Part shown: positions 42,844 through 51,413 of the stretch, one piece after another
How the letters are laid out: the number at the start of each line of letters is the position of its first letter
How positions within the stretch are numbered: position 1 is the stretch's first letter
Source: a virus
Lineage: Duplodnaviria; Heunggongvirae; Uroviricota; Caudoviricetes
DNA: 51,413 nucleotides
IMG/VR virus record: IMGVR_UViG_2563366798_000003
Coordinates: 1 to 51,413 of that record
Direction: 5' to 3' (one strand)
Position numbers and translations under genes: made by a program
The notes under the pieces: model-generated
Told to the model about the DNA's origin: nothing
What the model saw: only the letters and a program-made list of their open reading frames with translations
The model's database searches: none

Positions 42844-45201
42844 ATGGCAGCAGTAAAAATCTCAGGTGTGCTGAAAGATGGTGCGGGAAAACCAATACAG
42901 AACTGCACTATTCAACTGAAGGCAAAGCGTAACAGCACCACGGTACTGGTGAACACGGTGGCCTCTGAAAATCCGGATGAAGCCGGGCGTTACAGCATGG
43001 ATGTTGAGTATGGCCAGTACAGCGTCACCCTGCTGGTTGAAGGTTTTCCGCCTTCACATGCCGGGATCATTACCGTCTATGAAGGTTCCAGACCCGGTAC
43101 GCTGAATGATTTTCTCGGTGCCATGACGGAAGATGACGTCATGCCGGAGGCATTGCGTCGTTTTGAGGCAATGGTGGAAGAAGCGGCACGCAACGCCGAA
43201 GCCGCCTCTCAGAGCGCAGCGGCGGCAAAGAAATCCGAAACGGCTGCGGCATCATCGAAGAACGCGGCGAAAACCTCAGAAACGAATGCAGCTAACAGCG
43301 CACAGGCGGCAGCGGCCTCGCAGACTGCATCGGCAAACTCCGCGACAGCAGCCAAAAAATCAGAAACCAACGCGAAAAATAGCGAGACAGCCGCAAAGAC
43401 GAGCGAAACCAACGCAAAGTCCAGCCAGACGGCAGCGAAAACCAGCGAAACGAATGCCAAAGCCAGTGAAACTGCGGCGAAAAATAGCCAGAATGCAGCA
43501 GCCGAAAGCGAGAGTGCGGCAGCTGGTTCTGCGACTTCAGCAGCTGGATCAGCAACTGCTGCGGCTAACAGCCAGAAAGCAGCGAAGACGAGCGAAACTA
43601 ACGCAAAGTCCAGCCAGACGGCAGCGAAGACCAGCGAAACGAATGCCAAAGCCAGCGAAACTGCGGCGAAAAGCAGTCAGGATGCAGCAGCTGAAAGCGA
43701 GAGTGCCGCAGCTGGTTCTGCAACAGCGGCAGCTAATAGCCAAAAAGCTGCAAAAACCAGTGAAACTAACGCAAAGACGAGTGAAACAAAAGCAGCAGCT
43801 AGCGAGACAGAAGCAACGTCAGCCGCAACAAGAGCAGAGAATGCAGCCCGGATTGCAGAAGATGCCGCTGATCCTGCTTCTGTCCCTCCGCTTCCTGATA
43901 TCTGGCTACCCTTGAATGATTCTCTGGAAGCGATAACAGGGTATGCCCCGGGCTATAAAACAATAACCATCGGCAGTGATGAAATAACAATGCCTGTTAA
44001 TGGCATATGCCAATTTAGCCGGGCTTCATCTGCAACGTATATTGATAAGTCCGGGCATATTACCGTGGCAGGGAATAACGTTCCTCGTTTTGAAAAATAT
44101 GGTTTGCTGATAGAGAATCAGCGAACAAACATGTTCGTAAATAGTTTTAATCCTGATGCCTGGAATAAAAGCGGTGGTATATCTGTAACATCATCAACAG
44201 ATGAATTTGAGTTTAAATATGGACGTTTCACGGTAGGAAGCGATATAGCAGGAACGACAACAGGGAGAAATATATGCACAGTTGCTGGTAACAAAGGCAT
44301 AGATGTGACTGGCGATGATCAGTACAGTAAAGGTCCGTATGTTACCGCGTCGTTCAGGGTAAGAAGTGATCTCAATGTTCGCGCACGTATCCGTTTTGAA
44401 CGGTATAACTCGGAAGGATACACCTTCCTTTGCGACGCCTATTTGTCATTACAGACCCATGAACTACAAATTACTGGTGGCAATGCCCAGCTATTAACAG
44501 CAAACTTTGAAATCGATCCTGGTAGTGGATGGATATACTTTCAGGCAACACTGAAATGTCTGCCAGAATGGGGAATGGTTGGTACGCAGCTGCAAATTGC
44601 AGCCGACAGAGCTGTGGGGTCTTTTGCAACAGGTGACTGGATAGAAGTAACCACCCCGCAATTCGAGTATGGTGCTTGTGCAACTTCCTTCATCATAACG
44701 ACAACAGAGCCAGCGACTCGTGCATCAGATTTATGTAAATTTCCGCTGATGAAAAATATGTATACCATGCCTTTTACGTTCATGGTGGAAGTCCATAAAA
44801 ACTGGTTTATTTCTCATAATGCTGCACCGCGTGTCATTGATTCAGAAAATCACCAGTCCGGAGGCCCATTTATTATGGGGTTTGGTTCTTCTGGAACTAT
44901 TAGTCAGGACGGTTATTCGTATTGCGATATAGGCGGGGCTAACCGACGTGTATATGAATCATGCGGAGTAAGGGATCTCGTTATGGGATTCAGGGTTAAG
45001 GCTGACGGCATGACATGCTCATTTGCAAATAAGCATATAAGCACTGAAACAAAAACAGTATGGAAATATATTCGTGAAGCAGCCGTGATTCGTATCGGGG
45101 GGCAAACGACGACAGGATTACGACACCTTAATGGTCATATAAAAAACCTCCGTTTCTGGAACAGAGCATTGTCAGATACGCAGCTTAAGGAATACGTATA
45201 A
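42844..45201 (+). CDS. stf: side tail fibre protein Stf (lambda-like N-terminus, repeat-rich middle, divergent C-terminus)
   Basis: N-terminus MAAVKISGVLKDGAGKPIQNCTIQLKAKRNSTTVLVNTVASENPDEAGRYSMDVEYGQYSV matches lambda Stf; GGAGTGG SD before ATG 42844. Confidence 0.85.
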   Translation: MAAVKISGVLKDGAGKPIQNCTIQLKAKRNSTTVLVNTVASENPDEAGRYSMDVEYGQYSVTLLVEGFPPSHAGIITVYEGSRPGTLNDFLGAMTEDDVMPEALRRFEAMVEEAARNAEAASQSAAAAKKSETAAASSKNAAKTSETNAANSAQAAAASQTASANSATAAKKSETNAKNSETAAKTSETNAKSSQTAAKTSETNAKASETAAKNSQNAAAESESAAAGSATSAAGSATAAANSQKAAKTSETNAKSSQTAAKTSETNAKASETAAKSSQDAAAESESAAAGSATAAANSQKAAKTSETNAKTSETKAAASETEATSAATRAENAARIAEDAADPASVPPLPDIWLPLNDSLEAITGYAPGYKTITIGSDEITMPVNGICQFSRASSATYIDKSGHITVAGNNVPRFEKYGLLIENQRTNMFVNSFNPDAWNKSGGISVTSSTDEFEFKYGRFTVGSDIAGTTTGRNICTVAGNKGIDVTGDDQYSKGPYVTASFRVRSDLNVRARIRFERYNSEGYTFLCDAYLSLQTHELQITGGNAQLLTANFEIDPGSGWIYFQATLKCLPEWGMVGTQLQIAADRAVGSFATGDWIEVTTPQFEYGACATSFIITTTEPATRASDLCKFPLMKNMYTMPFTFMVEVHKNWFISHNAAPRVIDSENHQSGGPFIMGFGSSGTISQDGYSYCDIGGANRRVYESCGVRDLVMGFRVKADGMTCSFANKHISTETKTVWKYIREAAVIRIGGQTTTGLRHLNGHIKNLRFWNRALSDTQLKEYV

Positions 45202-45470
45202 TGCGGGATATAACATTACGATTCGATAACAGAGAACAGTTTAACGCAATTGTATATGACAGTGGCCTGTTCAGTCTTGAAGAAGAAAACGGGGTTCTTG
45301 TTGATGTTATTGGCTGCATTATCGATTACGAGGAGCCAGAAAACGAAAGATGTACAGGCATTGATCGCGGTGGTTTTTTCGTAAACATGAGGATTGTTGA
45401 TAGCAGTAAAAACATATCTTCTTTAATGCCTTTCATTACGACAGATCAGCATGTAAGGACATGGGCTTAA
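45201..45470 (+). CDS. hypothetical protein (89 aa) in tail-fibre module
   Basis: ORF overlapping stf stop (TAATG); AT-rich; no family recognised. Confidence 0.45.
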   Translation: MRDITLRFDNREQFNAIVYDSGLFSLEEENGVLVDVIGCIIDYEEPENERCTGIDRGGFFVNMRIVDSSKNISSLMPFITTDQHVRTWA

Positions 45471-45482
45471 TGGAGTAAGACA

Positions 45483-46523
45483 ATGGTTACAAAAACAGTA
45501 ATTCCTGATGACATCAAAACGCTAAAATCCGATGTTAGTAAACTAAAAACTGATCAAGGAAGCTATGCAACAAAATCATATGTAGACAATAAAACAACAT
45601 GGAATAGTTATTGCAATGTAATCTATGATCAAAAGGCATTGCCGACCACTGGAACTATATTTAGCGGTAAGATTCACTTGTCAAATAAGGCAGGAGAAAC
45701 CGAAAACGCTTATAGCGAGATGTACACCAGAAAAAATATTGACGGCACTAAAGATACAATGACAAGGATTGTCACACACAACGGAACAAAAGGTATCTTC
45801 TGGGATTTTAGCGATCTTTACGGTGGGACATTGATTTTCCCAGGAAATGAAGGTTACTTAAAAATGGGTAAGTGCCTCATGTCTTATGGGAATCGTGTTG
45901 ATAACGCCATTATTAAATTTGATTACACAGACACATTACAAATCAAATACGCTAATCATGGGTCAACCATGACATTAAACACACAGGGAACCGCTCACGC
46001 TGGCGTAACAACTAGACTATGGGGTAGTTCTAGCCGTCCGGTTGTTTATGAAGTTGGCGTAGATGAGGCTCTGTATATGTTCTACGCACAGAAAACTACC
46101 AGCAATACCTACGAATTAACGGTTAACGGCGCGTGCAATGCAAGTGCATTTAATCAAGGCTCTGACCGGGATCTGAAAGACAATATTCAGGTGATCGATA
46201 ATGCAACCGACCGCATTCGTAAAATGAACGGCTATACATACACGCTTAAAGAAAACGGTATGCCTTACGCTGGTGTTATTGCACAAGAAACCCTGGAAGC
46301 CATCCCCGAAGCCGTAGGGGCTATGATGAAATATCCAGACGGCGGGAGTGGATTAGATGGAGAAGAAGGTGAACGGTATTACACTGTAGATTATTCTGGT
46401 GTTACTGGCTTGCTTGTTCAGGTAGCCAGAGAGTCAGACGACAGGATAACAGCACTGGAAGAAGAAAACGCAGAATTAAGACAAAGATTATCTGCAATTG
46501 AGGCGGTGCTTGCGTCTAAATAA
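45483..46523 (+). CDS. tail fibre/tailspike-like protein with C-terminal intramolecular chaperone (peptidase S74-type) domain
   Basis: 346 aa; C-terminal region (SDRDLKDNIQVID...GYTYTLKENGMPYAGVIAQE...YYTVDYSGVTGLLVQ...coiled coil) resembles autoproteolytic chaperone domains of phage fibres. Confidence 0.65.
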   Translation: MVTKTVIPDDIKTLKSDVSKLKTDQGSYATKSYVDNKTTWNSYCNVIYDQKALPTTGTIFSGKIHLSNKAGETENAYSEMYTRKNIDGTKDTMTRIVTHNGTKGIFWDFSDLYGGTLIFPGNEGYLKMGKCLMSYGNRVDNAIIKFDYTDTLQIKYANHGSTMTLNTQGTAHAGVTTRLWGSSSRPVVYEVGVDEALYMFYAQKTTSNTYELTVNGACNASAFNQGSDRDLKDNIQVIDNATDRIRKMNGYTYTLKENGMPYAGVIAQETLEAIPEAVGAMMKYPDGGSGLDGEEGERYYTVDYSGVTGLLVQVARESDDRITALEEENAELRQRLSAIEAVLASK

Positions 46524-46550
46524 TATTAAGGGGCCGAGCGCCCCATTTTA

Positions 46551-46859
46551 TTGGGTAGGATGAAAATGGATATAACACCTTTCCTTCATGCACTTTGTGC
46601 TGTGGCTGCGCAGCTACTGATTGGTCTTTTTACCGGGAACTGGGCTTACGGAGCGATAGCCGGTTGTACGTTCTTCATTGCGCGTGAACACACCCAGGCA
46701 GAATATCGCTGGATCGAAATGTTCGGGCATGGCAAGCGAATGAATATGCCGTGGTGGGGCGGTTTTGATACACGTGCATGGGATGTGGCAAGCCTGATGG
46801 ATTTTGCTGTGCCGGTGGTGGCGTGTCTGCTGGTCTGGCTGTTGGTTAATCGTGGGTGA
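46551..46859 (+). CDS. small membrane protein (about 100 aa, two predicted TM helices)
   Basis: Hydrophobic segments LHALCAVAAQLLIGLF and FAVPVVACLLVWLLV; last gene before the AT-rich spacer. Confidence 0.45.
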   Translation: MGRMKMDITPFLHALCAVAAQLLIGLFTGNWAYGAIAGCTFFIAREHTQAEYRWIEMFGHGKRMNMPWWGGFDTRAWDVASLMDFAVPVVACLLVWLLVNRG

Positions 46860-47535
46860 AAAAAGGTGAGCTGTATATGCAACGGAGGAAGAAACCCCGT
46901 TGCTGGAAGCCTGGAAAAAGTATCGGATGCTGCTAAACCGTGTGGACACTTCCGTAGCACCAGATATCGAGTGGCTTATTCAACCATAATAAACAGTATG
47001 TATATCATAGGTTATTAATTGTGAGTTTTTTCGGTGTGTTATTTGTTTGTTTGATGTTATGCTTTTGCGCCCCAAAAGGTTGTTTAGATGTATTTTATCA
47101 ATTGATTTTCAATATCGTTTAATAAAGAAAAATTAAGCAAGCTGGATGTTGGTTTTTTGTTAATTGAATGGTTCTAATAATGTTTTTTTACTGTTGTTGA
47201 ATGTGACTTGATAAGAAATGCAAGTAAAAATGATACTCTTTTTATTTTAAATTCAAACGGTTGACATATATATAGCAAGAGGTTTCAGGTGCGTTGTAGT
47301 GAGTTTATGTTAATAAAAAGCATATTAATCGTTGAAAAAATGTAACTTTGAAATACGTTAGAATAAAAAACAATATACATATAATAATTTAATCTTAAAT
47401 GAAATTTATTAAAATTTGCAAACTATAATTTTGTGTATAAAAATATAAATGCACATCATCCTGATTATGATTGTGTATTTAATTGGTTGTTATTTGACTA
47501 CTATCAACTTGTTTTAATTTTATGATAGGTGCAAG

Positions 47536-48285
47536 ATGGATTATGTTTGCTCCGTAGTTTTCATCTGTCAATCATTTGATTTAATTATAAACAGGAGAGT
47601 TATCTCGTTCAAAAAAAATTCATTGTTTATTGTAAGCGACAAAATTAGAAGAGAGTTACCAGTATGCCCCTCTAAACTAAGAATTGTTGATATAGATAAG
47701 AAAACATGTTTATCCTTTTTTATCGACGTGAATAATGAGTTGCCTGGCAAATTTACTCTTGATAAGAATGGCTATATTGCTGAAGAGGAACCTCCATTAT
47801 CGCTTGTTTTTTCTCTGTTTGAAGGGATTAAAATAGCAGACTCACACTCCCTTTGGTTAAAAGAAAGACTATGTATATCCTTACTTGCCATGTTCAAAAA
47901 ACGCGAAAGTGTAAATTCATTTATACTAACAAATATAAATACATTTACCTGTAAAATTACTGGAATAATCAGTTTTAATATTGAGCGGCAATGGCATTTA
48001 AAAGATATTGCGGAATTGATTTATACGAGTGAAAGTTTAATAAAAAAAAGATTAAGGGATGAAGAAACGTCATTTACTGAAATATTGAGAGATACTAGGA
48101 TGAGGTATGCAAAAAAACTCATAACTTCAAACTCTTATTCTATCAATGTCGTAGCCCAGAAATGTGGCTATAACAGTACTTCATATTTCATATGTGCATT
48201 TAAAGATTATTATGGTGTCACGCCATCTCATTATTTTGAGAAAATAATCGGCGTCACAGATGGAATAAACAAAACAATTGACTGA
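47536..48285 (+). CDS. appY: AraC-family regulator, AppY-like
   Basis: 249 aa, strongly AT-rich, C-terminal AraC HTH; sequence and position next to ompT match my recollection of E. coli AppY. Confidence 0.75.
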   Translation: MDYVCSVVFICQSFDLIINRRVISFKKNSLFIVSDKIRRELPVCPSKLRIVDIDKKTCLSFFIDVNNELPGKFTLDKNGYIAEEEPPLSLVFSLFEGIKIADSHSLWLKERLCISLLAMFKKRESVNSFILTNINTFTCKITGIISFNIERQWHLKDIAELIYTSESLIKKRLRDEETSFTEILRDTRMRYAKKLITSNSYSINVVAQKCGYNSTSYFICAFKDYYGVTPSHYFEKIIGVTDGINKTID

Positions 48286-48534
48286 TAATATTTATTACAA
48301 GTTGTCTACATGTTAATTATAATATTATACAGCGTGTTTTTTGATGTGATATTCTGGAACCATTAATTTGTAATTGGGTTGCTGTCGCCTATTTTATACA
48401 CACTATAATTGATGGTTTTCTATGTGATTTAGTTAATAACCTTCTGGGTTTATTTTAAGGGTTAATTGTTACATTGAAATGGCTAGTTATTCCCCGGGGC
48501 GATTTTCACCTCGGGGAAATTTTAGTTGGCGTTC

Positions 48535-49488
48535 TTAAAATGTGTACTTAAGACCAGCAGTAGTGATGAAGTTATAGTTTTCTATGCCTGCTCCATTTTT
48601 GCTGTAGTCTGAAGTGTTATTATTGTGATCATAAAGTGAAGTATTACCTTTTTTATTCGTAACCCGATTCCATGCGCCTTCAACATAAACTTTTGCGTTA
48701 GGTGTGACGTAATAACCTGCATTGACTGCAACAGAATAGTAATTTTGGTCTTTGACCTTACTGCGATAAGTGATTCTTTTTCCCGGGTCATAGTGTTCAT
48801 CGTTATCAGATGATTCCACCCAGCCGCTGTATTTAAATGTGCCACCTAGCTCAAAATCTTCATAACGATAACTTCCAGTCAAGCCAATGTAGGGCATTTT
48901 AAAACGTTGTTTGTAGCCGATTGCTCTTTCTCCATTCGGGAAGGAGCCGATATCATCTCTGAATCCCTCCTCAGAACTGTAGATATAGGAACCACCTCTG
49001 GCTGTAAAGCTATAACGGCTTTCCTGATATCCGGCCATGAGTCCCAGGCGGTAATTGGGTTCGTTGAGGAGCCAGCCTTTGATATTCAGATCAAATTCGT
49101 TGGCATAATTGAGTTGTGTATCAGGATGTCTACTTTCATCCGTCCAGGTTCCGGGGTTACTGGAATCCATCCAGTCCTGATCGACCATATTGCCACCTCG
49201 GCTGCCGAGTGTTGTCCAGCCAGCAGCCCCGATAGATATCTGAGGCATCAAATCCCAATTAATTGCACCTTTAATAATTGCAGCGTTATTGAATTTCCAG
49301 TCAAGTTGACTGACTTTTCGGCTTCCTTCTTCGGCTAGATAAACACGCTCTTTTGTTTTTCCGCTCAGAGTTCCAAGACTAATGTCCGCATTTATGTTGT
49401 CAGGAGTAAACGATAAAGTCTCGGTAGAAGCAAAAGAGTTGATCGCAATAGGGGTTGTCAGGACTATTCCCAGAAGTTTCGCCCGCAT
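48535..49488 (-). CDS. ompT: outer membrane protease OmpT (omptin)
   Basis: 317 aa matching E. coli OmpT (MRAKLLGIVLTTPIAI...TAGLKYTF). Confidence 0.95.
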   Translation of the reverse strand: MRAKLLGIVLTTPIAINSFASTETLSFTPDNINADISLGTLSGKTKERVYLAEEGSRKVSQLDWKFNNAAIIKGAINWDLMPQISIGAAGWTTLGSRGGNMVDQDWMDSSNPGTWTDESRHPDTQLNYANEFDLNIKGWLLNEPNYRLGLMAGYQESRYSFTARGGSYIYSSEEGFRDDIGSFPNGERAIGYKQRFKMPYIGLTGSYRYEDFELGGTFKYSGWVESSDNDEHYDPGKRITYRSKVKDQNYYSVAVNAGYYVTPNAKVYVEGAWNRVTNKKGNTSLYDHNNNTSDYSKNGAGIENYNFITTAGLKYTF

Positions 49489-50038
49489 AAAAGTTCTCCA
49501 TTCAATCGTTTTAATGATTGAATATGTATTTTTTATATCTAACTTAATGAGTCAATTACATATTGCTCCACTGTTTATATTTTGTTTAGTATTGAATGAT
49601 TATCACAATGCGCTATCTGTTTTTGGTTTAATTATCTGTTATTGTTTCATATTGCGGTTTTACTGTGTGGTTTTTTTATGATTTTGTGGTGCTTTTATCT
49701 ATTTAAGTGCCATGCCTTTAGAGGCATATAAGCGAAAATAGCATGAGGTTTATCCTCAATTACTATGTTTTTTAGTACAAAAAAGAGGGACAAAACTGAG
49801 ACACATAAGGCCTCACAAAGGTCTGCAAGGCTTCACATGTATTGAGATGTTAATAAAATGTAGGCTTGTAATTTTGATATAAATGGTAGATAAAACCTTT
49901 CCCCAAAATAAAAACGAACGTCAATAAAATCAAACGGTTGAATAAAGTTGATTTTGGCTAATAAAAAGACAATAAAATAATTTTTATCATTAAATATCAA
50001 TGAATTGAACTTAATGTTTTTATATACTGCTGCGCCAT

Positions 50039-50190
50039 ATGGGCTGGACTGAAGCCGCAGACCTGATTGTTAAAGGTATGGAAGGCGCAATCAACGCCAA
50101 GACCGTAACCTATGACTTCGAACGTCTGATGGAAGGCGCTAAGCTGCTGAAATGTTCAGAGTTTGGTGACGCGATCATCAAAAACATGTA
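50039..50190 (+). pseudogene. icd: 3' fragment of isocitrate dehydrogenase gene (icd C-terminal duplicate, icdC-like)
   Basis: Encodes ...[49 protein letters not shown]-stop, the Icd C-terminus, with no upstream coding continuation. Confidence 0.8.
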
Positions 50191-50214
50191 ATCACTACAT
50201 GTGTTAAATATTGT

Positions 50215-50244
50215 AACGGGCGTATAACACGCCCGTTGTTTTAT
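50215..50244 (+). terminator. rho-independent terminator downstream of icd fragment
   Basis: AACGGGCGT / ACGCCCGTT stem with ATAAC loop followed by GTTTTAT. Confidence 0.6.
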
Positions 50245-50260
50245 GTAAGTTTGCTAACGG

Positions 50261-50293
50261 TTATCAAAATTTTATCAAAATAAGTTATCAAAA
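50261..50293 (+). repeat. three direct TTATCAAAA repeats
   Basis: TTATCAAAA at 50261, 50272 and 50285; the second matches IHF-like consensus WATCAANNNNTTR. Confidence 0.5.
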
Positions 50294-50465
50294 CCTCTTA
50301 GTTGTTTGGGGTCGGTTGGTCAGTCAGATGACAGTTCTACTGCCAGGTTCCTATTAGACATTCCTCTATTTGGTGGACGCTCGTTAATATTTAGATCCGC
50401 TATGTGTCAGGTGCGGGCATTGTTATAAATGCCAATTGATATAACGTCAGCTCGTTTATCTCATC

Positions 50466-50876
50466 TTACAGAACCTCAACAACTTCAAACTCTTCCATAA
50501 TCAACTCCATATCTTCAGAAAAATGACCTTCCTGGGTGAAAAATCGTTGATGCTCTCTCTGCCAATATTCAAGGCTCAAATCGCCTTCACCTTCCTTGCG
50601 AGCTAACTCGGCAGTAACATCACAAAAACACACCAGTTGCATCGACACCAGCCTGGTCACGCATACCGGTACATCCTGGCCGTCAAGGATGATGTTATAG
50701 CTCCCAATCCTTGGGGCAAATTCTTCCTTCTGATAAGAGGCATAAGAGCCACAGGAGGCCGTTTTAATCCCTTTTTCTATAAGTGCTGCAAGCTCGTTAG
50801 CCAGTTCAGGGCTGTCGCCCATTTGCCAGGCATTCGCGTCCGGATATTTCATCTTTAGTTCATCAACCTTACCCAT
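50466..50876 (-). CDS. hypothetical protein (136 aa from internal ATG; longest ORF reaches 51026), possibly ASCH/PUA-like
   Basis: ORF 50466..51026 in track; family assignment is a guess from size and a G-x-K-T motif. Confidence 0.4.
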   Translation of the reverse strand: MGKVDELKMKYPDANAWQMGDSPELANELAALIEKGIKTASCGSYASYQKEEFAPRIGSYNIILDGQDVPVCVTRLVSMQLVCFCDVTAELARKEGEGDLSLEYWQREHQRFFTQEGHFSEDMELIMEEFEVVEVL

Positions 50877-51150
50877 TACACGTCCTTTCTGATTGTAAAT
50901 AATAGAGAAATAGCTGAGCATTAATTGTTCGAATATTAACAGTGATGCTTTCTTGCTAATATCATAGTTCGTTTTTCGCTCAAAGCGGGCTGTTTGGTTC
51001 TTTTTCATGTGGGGTGAGAAATTCAAGGAGGCGTTGAGACGTTTAAATTTTCACAACGCTACTTTGCGCCATTCTTTACCTCAATCATCATGATAACAAT
51101 CGGTTTGACGAAAGTGATCGCGCCTACGCGGATATTATCGTGAGTATGCT

Positions 51151-51413
51151 TCATCGCCATTGTTCCCCAAATACAAAACCAATTTCAGCCAATGTCTCGT
51201 CCATTTTTTCGATGAACTCCGGCAGCATCTCGTCAAAACTCGGCATGTACTTCTCATGTCAGGCTACTTATTTCCTGAACGGGGTTTTGCTATCACGTTG
51301 TGAATTTCAGAAGCGGTAATGACGCCGAGCCGTAATTTGTGGCACGCATCATCTCCCTGTTTGACAGCCCTCACGTCGATCCCGGTACGCAGCAGGATAA
51401 TGTCCGGTGCCAT
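51151..51413 (-). pseudogene. exo: second, internally deleted copy of exo (prophage remnant; continues beyond window)
   Basis: 51107-51255 aligns with 3196-3346 and 51256-51413 with 3765-3920 of the intact exo locus; about 420 bp missing at a TTCAT microhomology. Confidence 0.75.

Noticed and set aside
43133-43915. 260-aa Arg/Gln/Pro-rich plus-strand ORF and several minus-strand ORFs across the stf repeat
   Set aside because: Alternative-frame artefacts created by the A/C/G-rich tandem repeat inside stf

Overview
Almost the whole window is one mosaic lambdoid prophage, Escherichia-like, read from its integrase end at position 1 to an icd 3' fragment at about 50.0-50.2 kb. Protein identities are from my recollection of lambda, DLP12 and phage 21 sequences, not from a search. 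Left to right: int/xis (minus strand), several small accessory genes, lambda-type Red genes exo/bet/gam, a non-lambda immunity region (S24-type CI repressor, Cro-like, cII-position gene) with an unknown 317-aa gene in the slot lambda uses for rexAB, then O (with in-gene ori iterons), P and ren. Next is an AT-rich two-gene insert on the opposite strand in the nin region: an HD phosphohydrolase of the Dgt/SAMHD1 type and a membrane-anchored coiled-coil protein with a T5orf172/GIY-YIG-like C-terminus. I consider this the best candidate for an undescribed anti-phage defence cassette, with the rex-slot gene second. After it come DLP12-type nin genes (ybcN, ninE, ybcO, rusA, ylcG, Q), a moron cluster (lipocalin, YbgA-like, AraC-family), a phage-21-type lysis cassette (S, SAR endolysin R, Rz/Rz1), cos, and a lambda-like head-tail module Nu1 to J, lom and stf, followed by a second tail-fibre gene. 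nu1 carries an 11-G homopolymer that breaks the frame. The right arm carries an appY-like regulator and ompT as cargo. Beyond the icd fragment lie a small minus-strand gene and an internally deleted second copy of exo, suggesting a neighbouring prophage remnant. No rRNA, tRNA, CRISPR array or transposase was recognised.
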